The translations under genes were made by a program, and so were the position numbers. A DNA stretch of 64,000 nt. Source: Candidatus Roizmanbacteria bacterium UBA1450. GTDB taxonomy: Bacteria; Patescibacteriota; Microgenomatia; UBA1406; GWC2-37-13. Shown here piece after piece: positions 46,596 to 57,101 of this stretch (the first letter of the stretch is position 1; each line of letters starts with the position of its first letter). Location of the stretch: contig DCTC01000001.1 of assembly GCA_002329205.1 (NCBI GenBank), positions 18,530-82,529 of the forward strand, written 5' to 3'. The notes beneath the pieces were generated by a model, which was given only the letters and a program-made list of their open reading frames with translations, had not been told where the DNA came from and searched no databases.

Positions 46596-49125
46596 CACCA
46601 ATCTTGATCGAAGAGTCTCCTGATTTGCCTTTTTCATTCCAAGCTTGAATTTTTATTTCATATTTTCCGTTATCAAGTTCAAACGTTTCAGAAATTTCAT
46701 CACGATCTTCCTTTATTACTTTTTCTTCTTTACCGTTGATCCAGATTTTGATTTCTTTAACAGGTTGAATTGATGTAATACGGGCTTTTACTTCAATCTT
46801 TTTATCACTCGTTTCGACTTTTGATTCATTTCCGGGATTTCTGATCGACACGACTACATCTTCTGAAGATGAATCAGAAGTCTCTGTCGGATATTTAAAT
46901 TTATCATCATTCTGCTCACGAGCCCAGGCATCAATTGCTTCCTGCCATCTATTTTTACCGTCCCCTGAGATCGGATCATTCTCAGTAATAACAATGAAAT
47001 CTTTTTCTTCATAGTTGCCTGACCGCACCTCGACATCATTGGCCAGCCTGCCGTTTGATTTTGATAACTTCAATTTTTTATAAAAGGGTGAAACCTCTGT
47101 AGGGGCAGTTCCTTTTACATAATATTCTGATCGCTTGGGATACCCGTCCACAGGAAGGCCTCCCAGATATGCATCAATTTCCATAGCTTCTACATCATCA
47201 GGTTTCTCAATGATACCGTCATCATATTTTTTCAGCAAAGCAATCATCGTGTCATGCCAGATGGGAGATGCACCTGTAGCACCGGATGCAATATTCGGAT
47301 TCATTTTTGAGTTATCATTATTACCCACCCAGACACCGAGAACAATTTCTCTGGTAAAGCCGACAGCCCAATTGTCCCGTTTATCGTCAGTGGTACCGCT
47401 TTTGACTGCAACCGTTTTTCCAGAAATATTGAGATAAGAACTGGGCCCAAAGGTATCAACGCGTGCATTATTGTCAGACAGAATATGAGAAATAATAAAA
47501 CTAATAGCAGGGGAGAGTACTTCTTTTTTCTTTTCATCTTTCTTTTTGTAAATAGTTTTTCCATTGAAATCGGTGATTTCCAGGACTCCAATAGGTTCTA
47601 CTCGACCACCGCCATTGGCAAATACGGAAAAAGCCTGTGTAAGATCAAGCAGGGTAGTTTCGCCCCCTCCCAGTGAAGCGGAAAGACCGAGATTATTCAT
47701 GTTCTCAGTAGTCGGCTCGAGTGAATCAATACCCATATCGTAGCTTTTTTGCAGGAAGTCACGAAGACCAAGCATCGCAAGCATCTTGACTGCAGGAACA
47801 TTGAGAGAATTTCCGAGAGCAAACCGGATCTGCACCGGTCCGCGGTATTTCCCATCATAATTTACCGGGATATAGCTTTCTTCCGAACTTGAATCGGGGA
47901 ATTCTGTCTTGACATCCATGATGACTGTTGATGCGGTGTACCCTTTCTCGAATGCAACAGCATACTCAATCGGCTTCAATGTAGAGCCCGGTTGTCTACT
48001 CCCTTGAGAAACAACATCATATTTTCCGTATTCATCATTGTTGTAATCATATGATCCGACATACGTAATTATTTCTCCTGTTTGCGGGTCCATCGCGACA
48101 AGAGCACCATTCCCGACATCATAATCCTCGAGTCCTTCGATTTCCTCCTTTACGATTTTCTCTGCCTGTTTCTGAAGATCGAGATCAAGCGTTGTCTTAA
48201 TTTTTACCCCCTTGGTCAATAATGCTGCGCCGTATTCGTCTTCTATCTGTTTTCGAATATAAAATACAAAATGCGGTGCGTTGATCGAAATTTTGGGAGA
48301 AGAAAATTTCACTTTATCAAGTTGTGTGAGAGCTTTTTCCCTTTCTTCTTTGGATATATATCCGTCTTCTTCCATACGGCGCAGAACATCTTTTGTACGA
48401 CCTTTCCAGGCATCCTTTTTGCCGATAAACGGAGAAAAAACGGAAGGATTCTGAGGAAGACCGGCCAGGATAGCAGATTCGACTAAATTGAGGTCTTTCG
48501 GAGCTTTACCGAAATATCCCATAGATGCGGAACCAACTCCCACATAGGTTCCTCCGTAGGGAACCTCGTTCAGATACATACCCAGAATTTCTTTCTTTGA
48601 ATATTTTTTTTCGACCTCATAGGCGAGAATTGCTTCCTTTATTTTACGAGACAAACGACGTTCGGAAGTCAATAACACATTTTTTATGAGCTGCTGGGTA
48701 ATGGTCGAACCTCCTTGGGGTTTACCGATGAGGCTGTTGAATGAGGCTCTTATAATACCATATTCTGACACTCCCTTATGTTCGTAGAACCGTTTGTCCT
48801 CTATAGCAACAGTCGCTTCCTGAAGGTGTTCAGGGATATCCTCTATCTCGACCGGGACTCTGTTTTCGTCTTTGAACATCTCATATATTATTTCTCCATT
48901 ACGGTCATAAAAAATAGTTGAATTGCCTCTGCTCTCAGAGAGCTTGCCCGGTTGGGGAAGATCACGTCCATACCATGCAAAAAGCGCGAATGCACCGATA
49001 TATCCGAAAAGGATCATACCGATAATACCGATGACACCGTACATCATCAGCTTTTGCCTGTTGAGACCGGATAAGAGACCGAATGAAGGTCGACTGCTTC
49101 GCCTTCGTCGAGGGACATATGCCAT
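46576..49125 (-). CDS. Class A penicillin-binding protein (transglycosylase + transpeptidase) with C-terminal Ig-like domain
   Basis: IEDKRFYEH, GGSTITQQL, RKIKE, YLN; RQPGSTLKP (SxxK), SLNVPAV (SxN), KSGT. Confidence 0.95.
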   Translation of the reverse strand: MAYVPRRRRSSRPSFGLLSGLNRQKLMMYGVIGIIGMILFGYIGAFALFAWYGRDLPQPGKLSESRGNSTIFYDRNGEIIYEMFKDENRVPVEIEDIPEHLQEATVAIEDKRFYEHKGVSEYGIIRASFNSLIGKPQGGSTITQQLIKNVLLTSERRLSRKIKEAILAYEVEKKYSKKEILGMYLNEVPYGGTYVGVGSASMGYFGKAPKDLNLVESAILAGLPQNPSVFSPFIGKKDAWKGRTKDVLRRMEEDGYISKEEREKALTQLDKVKFSSPKISINAPHFVFYIRKQIEDEYGAALLTKGVKIKTTLDLDLQKQAEKIVKEEIEGLEDYDVGNGALVAMDPQTGEIITYVGSYDYNNDEYGKYDVVSQGSRQPGSTLKPIEYAVAFEKGYTASTVIMDVKTEFPDSSSEESYIPVNYDGKYRGPVQIRFALGNSLNVPAVKMLAMLGLRDFLQKSYDMGIDSLEPTTENMNNLGLSASLGGGETTLLDLTQAFSVFANGGGRVEPIGVLEITDFNGKTIYKKKDEKKKEVLSPAISFIISHILSDNNARVDTFGPSSYLNISGKTVAVKSGTTDDKRDNWAVGFTREIVLGVWVGNNDNSKMNPNIASGATGASPIWHDTMIALLKKYDDGIIEKPDDVEAMEIDAYLGGLPVDGYPKRSEYYVKGTAPTEVSPFYKKLKLSKSNGRLANDVEVRSGNYEEKDFIVITENDPISGDGKNRWQEAIDAWAREQNDDKFKYPTETSDSSSEDVVVSIRNPGNESKVETSDKKIEVKARITSIQPVKEIKIWINGKEEKVIKEDRDEISETFELDNGKYEIKIQAWNEKGKSGDSSIKIGVNEDWK

Positions 49126-49200
49126 AAGGATAATTGTAGCATATTACGTAAAAGTGGAACCTTTTAGACAGAAGCCAAATATGCTACAATAGTCATTATT

Positions 49201-49311
49201 ATGCGTATACTGAAGAAGATATTCAAACCTAAAAATGTGATCAGAGTCATAATGGCTATTGCGGCTCTGCTTCTTATCATCACCAGCTTTGCCCCGTTTT
49301 TTTATCTATAA
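49201..49311 (+). CDS. 36-aa single-TM small protein (not in ORF track)
   Basis: MRILKKIFKPKNVIRVIMAIAALLLIITSFAPFFYL; TGCTACAAT just upstream. Confidence 0.55.
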   Translation: MRILKKIFKPKNVIRVIMAIAALLLIITSFAPFFYL

Positions 49312-49377
49312 CGGTTTATTCTGATCGGGTGAATTAACTATTTTTTCGTACTATGTTGTGAGCGATATAATAATCAT

Positions 49378-51441
49378 ATGGATTTTCAAAAACCAATAGA
49401 TTCTCTTCCCCGGACAAGTCCACGAACAATACAGCGGCTCCAAAAGCTCGAAATACACACGTATTCCGATTTACTTCATTATTACCCTTTCCGGTATGAT
49501 GATTATTCAACACGGGCCAAAATAGGGACTGTTCAGGCAGGAGAAACAGTGACAATAACAGGGACAATTCAGACATTTCAAAATAGTTTTACCAAGCGTG
49601 GCTTTAAGCTTCAAAAAGCAATTATTTCTGACGAAACCGGAATAATAGAAGCAGTCTGGTACAACCAGATGTATCTGACAAACGTACTGAAAGAAGGTAT
49701 GCATATTGCGATTGCCGGCGTCATCGAACGATTCGGCAGAACGGTTACCATCAAGCCGCAGGAGTATGAAATCCTTTCATCTCTCCAGGATAAAACCATA
49801 CATACAGGCAGACTTGTGCCGGTGTATTCACAAATATATGGACTATCATCAAAAACTATTCGTGAGAAAATTCTGTATGTTTTAGATTTATATAAATTAA
49901 TCGATCCGAGTAATACTGAGTTCATACCCCATGATATTTTGGGGAAATACAATCTCATCGGGCAGCACCAGGCAATCAACTGGATACATCTTCCCCCCGG
50001 AAAAAAAGAACAGCAACAGGCGCAACGCCGAATCGGATTCAATGAACTTTTTATTCGTGTACTTTCATCTCATCTGGTAAAAGAGAAATGGAAACAGGAA
50101 ACAACGACAACACCCATCACCATAACGAAATCGATTCAGGAACAATTGGACCGATTTATGAAAAATCTTCCTTTTGAGTTAACTTCGGCGCAAAAGCGGA
50201 CGACAGAGGAGATACTCTCAGATATTCAGAAAAAAACACCAATGAACCGATTTGTTCAGGGAGATGTCGGATCAGGAAAAACAGTTGTCGCAGCCATTGC
50301 AGCATTTGTTACGCATCTCAACGGACTTCAAACACTCATCATGGCACCCACTGAGATACTGGCACAGCAGCACTTCAAAACAATATCAACGCTTATCAAT
50401 GATCCACATATCAAGATCGGGCTGCAAACCGGGTCGCACAAGTCAATTTCCAAAAAAAAATCTTCGTTGGAGTATGATATTGTAGTAGGGACACAGGCTC
50501 TCATTACCGAAAAATTGAATTTTGATCACGTTGGACTGGTGGTCATAGATGAACAACATCGTTTCGGGGTAAAGCAAAGAGCTATGCTGAAAGACAAAGG
50601 AATTAATCCTCATCTGCTGACTATGACGGCGACACCAATTCCACGTACAGTTTCACTTACATTGTACAGCGAGCTGGATCTTTCTGTTATTGACGAGATG
50701 CCCAAAGGAAGAAAGCCTATAAAAACCTACGTTACACCCCAGGAGAAGCGGGAGAAAGGGAATGAATGGATAAAAAAACAAATTCGCGAACAGGGAGCGC
50801 AAGTGTATATAATATGCCCGCTGGTTGAAGAGTCCGAATCGGAAACACTGAAATCAGTTCGTGCTGCCACCAAAGAATATGAATATTTAAAACATGAGGT
50901 ATTTAGAGAATTCAATGTGGCACTTCTACATGGAAAAATGAAAGCAAAGGAAAAAGAAGAAGTCATGAAGCAATATAAGGACAAAAAATATGATATTCTC
51001 GTTTCAACCTCTGTGGTGGAAGTAGGAGTAGATGTACCCAATGCGACAATTATGTTTATTGAAGGTGCGGAACGTTTCGGTATCGCACAATTGCATCAGC
51101 TGCGTGGACGTGTAGGGAGATCGGATAAGCAATCGTATTGTTTTCTGTTTACCAGTACAAAAGAAGCTGAGCAGAAGCATCGACTCCAATTTTTTTCATC
51201 AACCAATTCCGGATTGAAACTGGCTGAATATGATCTGAAACTGCGCGGTCCCGGAGATCTCTACGGCACACAACAGCACGGGTATACTGATCTCAAACTT
51301 GCAGATATTACCGATTATCGGCAGGTCCATGATGTAAAAGATGCAGTTCAGACGTTTGTTAACAAGTATCATGTAAAGGATTTCTCAATTTTGAAACAAA
51401 TGATAGATGAATATCAGGTGGATCAGATTAGCAGAGACTAA
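49378..51441 (+). CDS. recG: ATP-dependent DNA helicase RecG
   Basis: QGDVGSGKT, MAPTEILA.QH, IDEQHRFGV, MTATPIPRT, QLHQLRGRVGR. Confidence 0.97.
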   Translation: MDFQKPIDSLPRTSPRTIQRLQKLEIHTYSDLLHYYPFRYDDYSTRAKIGTVQAGETVTITGTIQTFQNSFTKRGFKLQKAIISDETGIIEAVWYNQMYLTNVLKEGMHIAIAGVIERFGRTVTIKPQEYEILSSLQDKTIHTGRLVPVYSQIYGLSSKTIREKILYVLDLYKLIDPSNTEFIPHDILGKYNLIGQHQAINWIHLPPGKKEQQQAQRRIGFNELFIRVLSSHLVKEKWKQETTTTPITITKSIQEQLDRFMKNLPFELTSAQKRTTEEILSDIQKKTPMNRFVQGDVGSGKTVVAAIAAFVTHLNGLQTLIMAPTEILAQQHFKTISTLINDPHIKIGLQTGSHKSISKKKSSLEYDIVVGTQALITEKLNFDHVGLVVIDEQHRFGVKQRAMLKDKGINPHLLTMTATPIPRTVSLTLYSELDLSVIDEMPKGRKPIKTYVTPQEKREKGNEWIKKQIREQGAQVYIICPLVEESESETLKSVRAATKEYEYLKHEVFREFNVALLHGKMKAKEKEEVMKQYKDKKYDILVSTSVVEVGVDVPNATIMFIEGAERFGIAQLHQLRGRVGRSDKQSYCFLFTSTKEAEQKHRLQFFSSTNSGLKLAEYDLKLRGPGDLYGTQQHGYTDLKLADITDYRQVHDVKDAVQTFVNKYHVKDFSILKQMIDEYQVDQISRD

Positions 51442-51579
51442 ATGCGTATGAGTGATTGAAAATAGCGTATTTGTTTCCAGGTATTTCGCACTGATCACCG
51501 ATTACTTACACTTCTTGTTTTATCACCCTCCGCATGATATTATTACGATATCGAAATATAATTTTATTACAGTAATCCT

Positions 51580-51735
51580 ATGGCCCCTTTGCCCAAACGA
51601 AAACATTCAAAAGCACGAAAAGGAAAACGAGTTCTCGAAAGAAAATCAGAATCAACTCTTCCCGAACTTGTTGTGTGTCCTGAATGCGGAAAGAAAAAAA
51701 TGCCGCACCGACAATGTAAAAATTGTGGAAAATAA
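51580..51735 (+). CDS. rpmF: 50S ribosomal protein L32, zinc-binding form (not in ORF track)
   Basis: MAPLPKRKHSKARKGKR...CPECGKKKMPHRQCKNCGK. Confidence 0.95.
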   Translation: MAPLPKRKHSKARKGKRVLERKSESTLPELVVCPECGKKKMPHRQCKNCGK

Positions 51736-51819
51736 TATTACAAGACTGTAGGTGATAGGCGGTATGTATTATATAAAAATAACTGTAACCTACAGCCCAG
51801 ATATCACACTACCTACCCT

Positions 51820-52227
51820 ATGGACCCGCGACATCAAAAACGCCTTAATATCGTTCAAAATTTGTTTGCACAATCTTTTAGCAGTAGCGATACTGGCGGG
51901 AACCTACCTTTTCAGGATGAAGATCTGACAAAAAAAATCCTTTCACACCGTGAAGAAATTAATGACTGCATTCAAAAGCACGCACCGAAATACCCTGTTG
52001 ATAAAATTGCCAAGATTGATATGAGCATATTGCAGCTTGCAATATACGAATTGTTGTTTGAAAAGAAAAAACAACCAACAAAAGTTGTGATTAATGAGGC
52101 AGTTGAGCTCGCCAAAGAGCTCGGTAATGAGCGTTCATATGCTTTCGTCAATGCAGTCCTCGGATCAGTGCTCAAAGATATTACCAATAATGATTCAAAC
52201 GATGGAAAAAAATCTCAGTCGTCTTGA
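51820..52227 (+). CDS. nusB: Transcription antitermination factor NusB
   Basis: ID.SILQLAIYEL, VVINEAVELAK, FVNAVLG. Confidence 0.95.
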   Translation: MDPRHQKRLNIVQNLFAQSFSSSDTGGNLPFQDEDLTKKILSHREEINDCIQKHAPKYPVDKIAKIDMSILQLAIYELLFEKKKQPTKVVINEAVELAKELGNERSYAFVNAVLGSVLKDITNNDSNDGKKSQSS

Positions 52228-52897
52228 AGAAAAAATTCAAATTGACTTTAAAAACAAGGAACTACTTCGCAATGTGTTTGTACATCGCTCCTATCTGAAT
52301 GAAAACCGAGAGTTTGAACTGCCATCCAATGAAAAGCTGGAATTTCTGGGAGATAGCGTCTTGTCGCTAGCAACATCCATCTATCTCTATCAAAAATATG
52401 CTCATCTGCAAGAAGGTGATTATACAGATATTAAGGCCTCAATAGTCCGAACCGAAAGCCTTGCCGAAGTAGCTCGGGAACTCAAGCTTGGAGATTATTT
52501 ATACCTTTCGCACGGAGAAGAAAAGGGGAAAGGCCGCACGAAGACAAATATTCTTGCAGATGTCTTTGAAGCACTCATTGCTGCAATTTTTATTGATCAG
52601 GGATTCGATCGGGCTTATCAGTTTATAACGGAGCATTTATTTGCTGAACGGTTGGATTATATTGTCAATAACAAACTCTATCTTTCCCCGAAAAGCCGTC
52701 TACAGGAAATGACACAGGCTTTATACAAAGAACTGCCCGTGTATGAACTAATAGAGGCAACCGGCCCTGAACATAAAAAGACTTTTTCCGTTCATGTTCT
52801 GGTAAACGGTGAAATAAAAGGAAAAGGCGTCGGAAAATCTAAAAAACAGGCAGAAGAAAATGCCGCACAAAATGCACTGGAATTATTGACAAAATAA
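52202..52897 (+). CDS. rnc: Ribonuclease III
   Basis: HRSY, NEKLEFLGDSVL, ADVFEALIAAIFID, dsRBD GPEH...GKSKKQAEENAA. Confidence 0.97.
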   Translation: MEKNLSRLEEKIQIDFKNKELLRNVFVHRSYLNENREFELPSNEKLEFLGDSVLSLATSIYLYQKYAHLQEGDYTDIKASIVRTESLAEVARELKLGDYLYLSHGEEKGKGRTKTNILADVFEALIAAIFIDQGFDRAYQFITEHLFAERLDYIVNNKLYLSPKSRLQEMTQALYKELPVYELIEATGPEHKKTFSVHVLVNGEIKGKGVGKSKKQAEENAAQNALELLTK

Positions 52898-52969
52898 CGA
52901 TATAATAAGTTTTTCGTTCGGTTAGTAGACATATTTAAATAATTTTTTTACCAATTTAGTAATATACAC

Positions 52970-53221
52970 ATGGCAGTAGCTTTACGGTTAATGCGATTCG
53001 GCAAGAGAAAACAGCCTTACTATCGTATTGTGGCTCTAGATAAGAGAAAGAAACGAGATGGATCTTATATTGAAAAAGTAGGTCTTTATCATCCGTTGGA
53101 TGAAAAAAACAATATTCGAATAATCAAAGAACGTTTTGAATATTGGAGATCAAAAGGCGCACAACTTTCTGAAGGACTTGAACGTCTTCTCAAAAATGAA
53201 AAAGACGTCGTTTACGAGTAA
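52970..53221 (+). CDS. rpsP: 30S ribosomal protein S16
   Basis: LRLMRFGKRKQPYYRIVA.D...RDG.YIE.VG.Y.P, GAQLS. Confidence 0.97.
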   Translation: MAVALRLMRFGKRKQPYYRIVALDKRKKRDGSYIEKVGLYHPLDEKNNIRIIKERFEYWRSKGAQLSEGLERLLKNEKDVVYE

Positions 53222-53222
53222 A

Positions 53223-53840
53223 TTATTCGATCTTCTTCATTATTTCATTCAGAAAATCAATATCATTTTGGTTTACTATGGCTGTATTTTCTGAACCTGT
53301 TGTAGAAAATGGTTTGTGTATCAGATTCACTCTGAAATTTATAGTTGCACCATCCTCATAAGTCACTGTCACTTCTTCATTCGTAATCAATCGTCCACTC
53401 ACGTAATTATAATCCCGCAGTAACGTCTCAATATCATCAGGATTCCCGCGAATGGATAATTCTAGAGACATTTTTTCATCCGTGGTATCGTCCAGATTGA
53501 TACTATATGACTCTACTGAAACACCTGTTTCTGCTCCGAGTTTTTCCAAAGCCGCAATCACTTTGAAGTATGATTCTTCTTCAGGGATAAGCTGATCGAG
53601 TAAGGTATTATAGTTATCAATACTGCCTTCAAGGAGTTCTTTATTGTTTTGAATCAAGCCTGCTGATTGTTTTGAAGCTTCCAGTTCAAGCTTGGTGGTT
53701 TCCAGCTCCGAATATAAGCTGTATGTGTTGTAACCCAAGTAACCGACGAAAGATATCAAAACAATATCCATGACAGCAAACAGAGCAATCGGCAAAAAAT
53801 TTATGTTTAAAATAAATCGCTTAATTTTCTCCAGTTCCAT
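53223..53840 (-). CDS. PilO-like pilus assembly protein
   Basis: N-terminal TM, coiled coil, LIPEE motif; downstream of pilM/pilN-like genes. Confidence 0.6.
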   Translation of the reverse strand: MELEKIKRFILNINFLPIALFAVMDIVLISFVGYLGYNTYSLYSELETTKLELEASKQSAGLIQNNKELLEGSIDNYNTLLDQLIPEEESYFKVIAALEKLGAETGVSVESYSINLDDTTDEKMSLELSIRGNPDDIETLLRDYNYVSGRLITNEEVTVTYEDGATINFRVNLIHKPFSTTGSENTAIVNQNDIDFLNEIMKKIE

Positions 53841-54402
53841 GAGATTCCGGTGAGGTAAAGATTCCCTCAATTGTCAATAAATATCCTTCTTGATTCTGCT
53901 GTACAACATTAAAACCCGCAATGCTAATTTGTTCGAAACTGTCCTGAAATAACGGAGTTTCCAGTTCTTCGATAAACTGAAGTGCACCTTCGTAACTGCT
54001 AAAATTGACAGAAATTGATGTTTCTCTTGCATTGTTTACCATAAAACTCATCAGTTGTTCTTCAGGAGAAGTTTTACTGAAAATTTCTTTCAGAATAGAA
54101 TAATATTGAAAGCTGTTTGCGTCTTCATCCATATAAGACTGTACAGTATTGTACTTGAATACAAAACGTTGAATTTCCTTAGAAAAAGACTGGTTGAGAA
54201 GAATATATCTGTTATAGTTTTTGATCGAGGTATCAACAGCGTTTTTCTCTCTGCGAAGGTAAATAAATGTACCCCCGACAAGAAGCAACACAACCAAAGA
54301 AACGCCAAATGTCCACAGAGCAATTCTTCGGGCAAGGACATAATATGTCACTACCTTTTTTGATGAGGATCTCTGGGAAAAGAGATTGAGCCTGCGTTTC
54401 AT
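53821..54402 (-). CDS. PilN-like pilus assembly protein
   Basis: N-terminal LNLF (INLL-like) motif, TM helix, position after pilM. Confidence 0.65.
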   Translation of the reverse strand: MKRRLNLFSQRSSSKKVVTYYVLARRIALWTFGVSLVVLLLVGGTFIYLRREKNAVDTSIKNYNRYILLNQSFSKEIQRFVFKYNTVQSYMDEDANSFQYYSILKEIFSKTSPEEQLMSFMVNNARETSISVNFSSYEGALQFIEELETPLFQDSFEQISIAGFNVVQQNQEGYLLTIEGIFTSPESHGTGEN

Positions 54403-55415
54403 CGAATATGTGTCGCAATAACTGGTATAAACGTTGACAGTACTTGCGAAAATGTTTGGGTAATGGTATTGGGTATCAGAATATTCGACAGTGGGAATGA
54501 CTGAGTCGGTAGTGACAGCCGTTTTTGGACGGTTTCGTGAATATTGGCAATTTGATTATCATAATTGAATAAATATATGTTTTTAATAGGAATATGATAT
54601 TTCTCCTGTGTCAAAAGAATTGTTTTTTCCATTTCTGTAAACAGTTCATTGAGTACCGGATAAATTATTGCATACACATTCACACTCCCGTTACTGCTGA
54701 GACCGATGGTCTTCAACGCTTCCATAGTTTTCTGATCACTCAGGTTGGTATTTAATTTCAAATCACGGAGGATAATGTCATAACCGATTCGTGAGGATCT
54801 GGTTGTCTGAAAAAAGGGGAAAGCAGGATTGATTACATAGATGGAACTTCCGGAAAAACCAAAATTCAGAATAAGTGCCGGCTCCTTAATAAATTTATAG
54901 AATTCCGTAAGGAATCTTCCCATTGCGGTCAGTTCATTCTCAAGTGACACCGGTTCCAGATTGGCGTATTCGACTGTTTTATAAATATGGTCAACAATCT
55001 TTTTCTGTGATGCAACAAAAAGGATCAATAGTTTCCCATTTGGAAGTTTGCTGATTATTTCGAGGTCTAGATATACTTCACTGATAGGCAGGGGTACAAA
55101 TTCATCAGCCTGCAATCTGATTGCCTTTACCAATTCTTCTTCAGGCAAATTCGGCATCAATAGAAGCTGTGAGTAACTTAAGGCATCCGGAACGACTACA
55201 TGCGCTTTCGTCGAGGAAATATTTAGCTGTGCATGGAGCGTACTCAAGAGCTTTGCTTCTTCCTGGGCTGATTTTTCATCAGGATTCGAATAAAAATTGG
55301 GGACTGTATTGTCGTATCCCAGAGAAAGAAGTTCAACCTTATTTTTCTTGGTTTCCAGATGAGCCAATCTCGTAAATTGCTCACTAATATCAATAGAAAA
55401 TAAATTTGCTGCCAT
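54399..55415 (-). CDS. pilM: Type IV pilus assembly protein PilM
   Basis: SIDIS, A.EFVPLP..EVYLD, LILNFG actin-like fold; context. Confidence 0.8.
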   Translation of the reverse strand: MAANLFSIDISEQFTRLAHLETKKNKVELLSLGYDNTVPNFYSNPDEKSAQEEAKLLSTLHAQLNISSTKAHVVVPDALSYSQLLLMPNLPEEELVKAIRLQADEFVPLPISEVYLDLEIISKLPNGKLLILFVASQKKIVDHIYKTVEYANLEPVSLENELTAMGRFLTEFYKFIKEPALILNFGFSGSSIYVINPAFPFFQTTRSSRIGYDIILRDLKLNTNLSDQKTMEALKTIGLSSNGSVNVYAIIYPVLNELFTEMEKTILLTQEKYHIPIKNIYLFNYDNQIANIHETVQKRLSLPTQSFPLSNILIPNTITQTFSQVLSTFIPVIATHIR

Positions 55416-55460
55416 AGTCTAAGAGTAGCAGAGAAGAGTACTAAAAATCAATCAGCGTTA

Positions 55461-56069
55461 TTATTGCCGCAACTTAACTTTCGTCTGATATTGCAGAGCA
55501 GTTACCCCCAGTGCCGGATTCGGAACTCTCCGATTGTATGTCACCGTATAGGAAAAACTCACTACTGGTGCAGTATACGTAGATTTCATGACACAACCGA
55601 TTTGGAAATCTGAAATATTGACACGAATATTATGAACTGTTACGTCAAATGAAGGTGAACCGTTGGCCCGGTATCGCAAATCATCTCCGTCCAGGACGTA
55701 TTGAAACTGATCTGAATTTTCGTTCACAAATACAAAATCTCTTCCAATTTCACCTGTTACAGGGTCTGGTGTCGAAGAATTATAGCCGAGACCGGCATTA
55801 TTGCAAATATTCTGCGGCACAGCAGAACTTTCAAATATTCCATCAGCATCGCTGATCATTCTGTCCCCTTCTCGCATAATCCGTTCCTTCATAAGCTGCA
55901 TGATATAGTCGCCTTGCCGCTTGGTTTCAGTTATTTCATAGATTTTAATCTGCTGCTGGAGAATAACATACAGAATACTGAACACTGCCGGCATAAGAAT
56001 TCCGAGAAGTGCTATAACAACAAGAACTTCAATAATGGTATATGCTTTTTGAAATAGTTTCTTTTTCAT
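55461..56069 (-). CDS. Minor type IV pilin
   Basis: KAYTIIEVLVVIALLGIL prepilin-like N-terminus. Confidence 0.85.
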   Translation of the reverse strand: MKKKLFQKAYTIIEVLVVIALLGILMPAVFSILYVILQQQIKIYEITETKRQGDYIMQLMKERIMREGDRMISDADGIFESSAVPQNICNNAGLGYNSSTPDPVTGEIGRDFVFVNENSDQFQYVLDGDDLRYRANGSPSFDVTVHNIRVNISDFQIGCVMKSTYTAPVVSFSYTVTYNRRVPNPALGVTALQYQTKVKLRQ

Positions 56070-56070
56070 C

Positions 56071-56577
56071 TTATTGCCATAATGAATAAACGGTATCTAT
56101 TGTTTCAGTCCGCTGAACATTGTCTTCCATCCACGTGACAGTAATAGTCGCCGTTACACGAGTCGCTGTTCCTGCGACATCTTTGCGCATAGTCAGAGTT
56201 CGCCGGAATATCCTCGGATCCTGGGATCCGACTCCAGTAAATCCGCATGTTGATGTATTAAATACCGGTAGAGATGCCAATGTATTTGCTATTGCTATCG
56301 CATTGTTTGCGCAATATGTTCTGCCCGCCACAGTAGCATAATTTTGAAATGCTACCCAATCTGCTTCTCGTTCGCCATCCAGCCATTCTTTCAAGTCCTG
56401 CACATAATGCGTCGCATACAATTTATGCTGATTGTAGGACATAGTATGGACAAGCTGCATGGTAAATCCGACAGCAGAAATGAGAACCAGACTTACCAAA
56501 GTCATAAATACAATAACCTCGACAAGACTGAACGCCTGCTGGTTTTGTTTAGTTTTAGCAGTCATAGGGGTCGCCAT
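56071..56577 (-). CDS. Minor type IV pilin (PilV-like)
   Basis: QAFSLVEVIVFM N-terminus; C-terminal V.ATITVTW; exact start uncertain. Confidence 0.8.
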   Translation of the reverse strand: MATPMTAKTKQNQQAFSLVEVIVFMTLVSLVLISAVGFTMQLVHTMSYNQHKLYATHYVQDLKEWLDGEREADWVAFQNYATVAGRTYCANNAIAIANTLASLPVFNTSTCGFTGVGSQDPRIFRRTLTMRKDVAGTATRVTATITVTWMEDNVQRTETIDTVYSLWQ

Positions 56578-57043
56578 AGTGTGCCGGAGTGTTGGGTCCA
56601 AGCTGTAACTGGATACAACGATTTGAACTGTTATGCTTGATTATGATCGAGGTATTCGTACTTGCCGTTCCGTACGGATACGTAAACTGAACCGTTGTAG
56701 AAGATCCTGAACCGATTACCGAGTTTTCCAGAGTCCCCTGACGGTCAAAACCAAAATATGCGCCGCACTGGAGTCGAATAATATAATCAGATGCATCTAT
56801 TGTGAAGAATATAACTCTCCCTGCCAATGCACAATTTTGGTCTCCATTCACATCCCGCGCGATCATATCCATTTTCATCCTATCCAATTCGTTCAGTATC
56901 AGATCAGCATCTTTCTTGAGTTGTCTTTCCCGAACCTGCTGGCTGTAGGTACGGGTACTTACCGTAATAAATATAACGATAATTGCCATAACAACTATGA
57001 TTTCAATCAAAGTGAATCCTTTTTTCAATGGATACGTAAACAT
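56555..57043 (-). CDS. Minor type IV pilin (FimT/GspH-like)
   Basis: KKGFTLIEIIVVMAII. Confidence 0.85.
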   Translation of the reverse strand: MFTYPLKKGFTLIEIIVVMAIIVIFITVSTRTYSQQVRERQLKKDADLILNELDRMKMDMIARDVNGDQNCALAGRVIFFTIDASDYIIRLQCGAYFGFDRQGTLENSVIGSGSSTTVQFTYPYGTASTNTSIIIKHNSSNRCIQLQLGPNTPAHYGDPYDC

Positions 57044-57101
57044 ATTGGTACTCGTTAAATCAAAGAAGGTAATCAATAATTGTTATATTTCACAGCAAAA
57101 C

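Noticed and set aside
51452..51751. 99-aa ORF in the track
   Set aside because: Out-of-frame shadow of the real rpmF gene at 51580-51735
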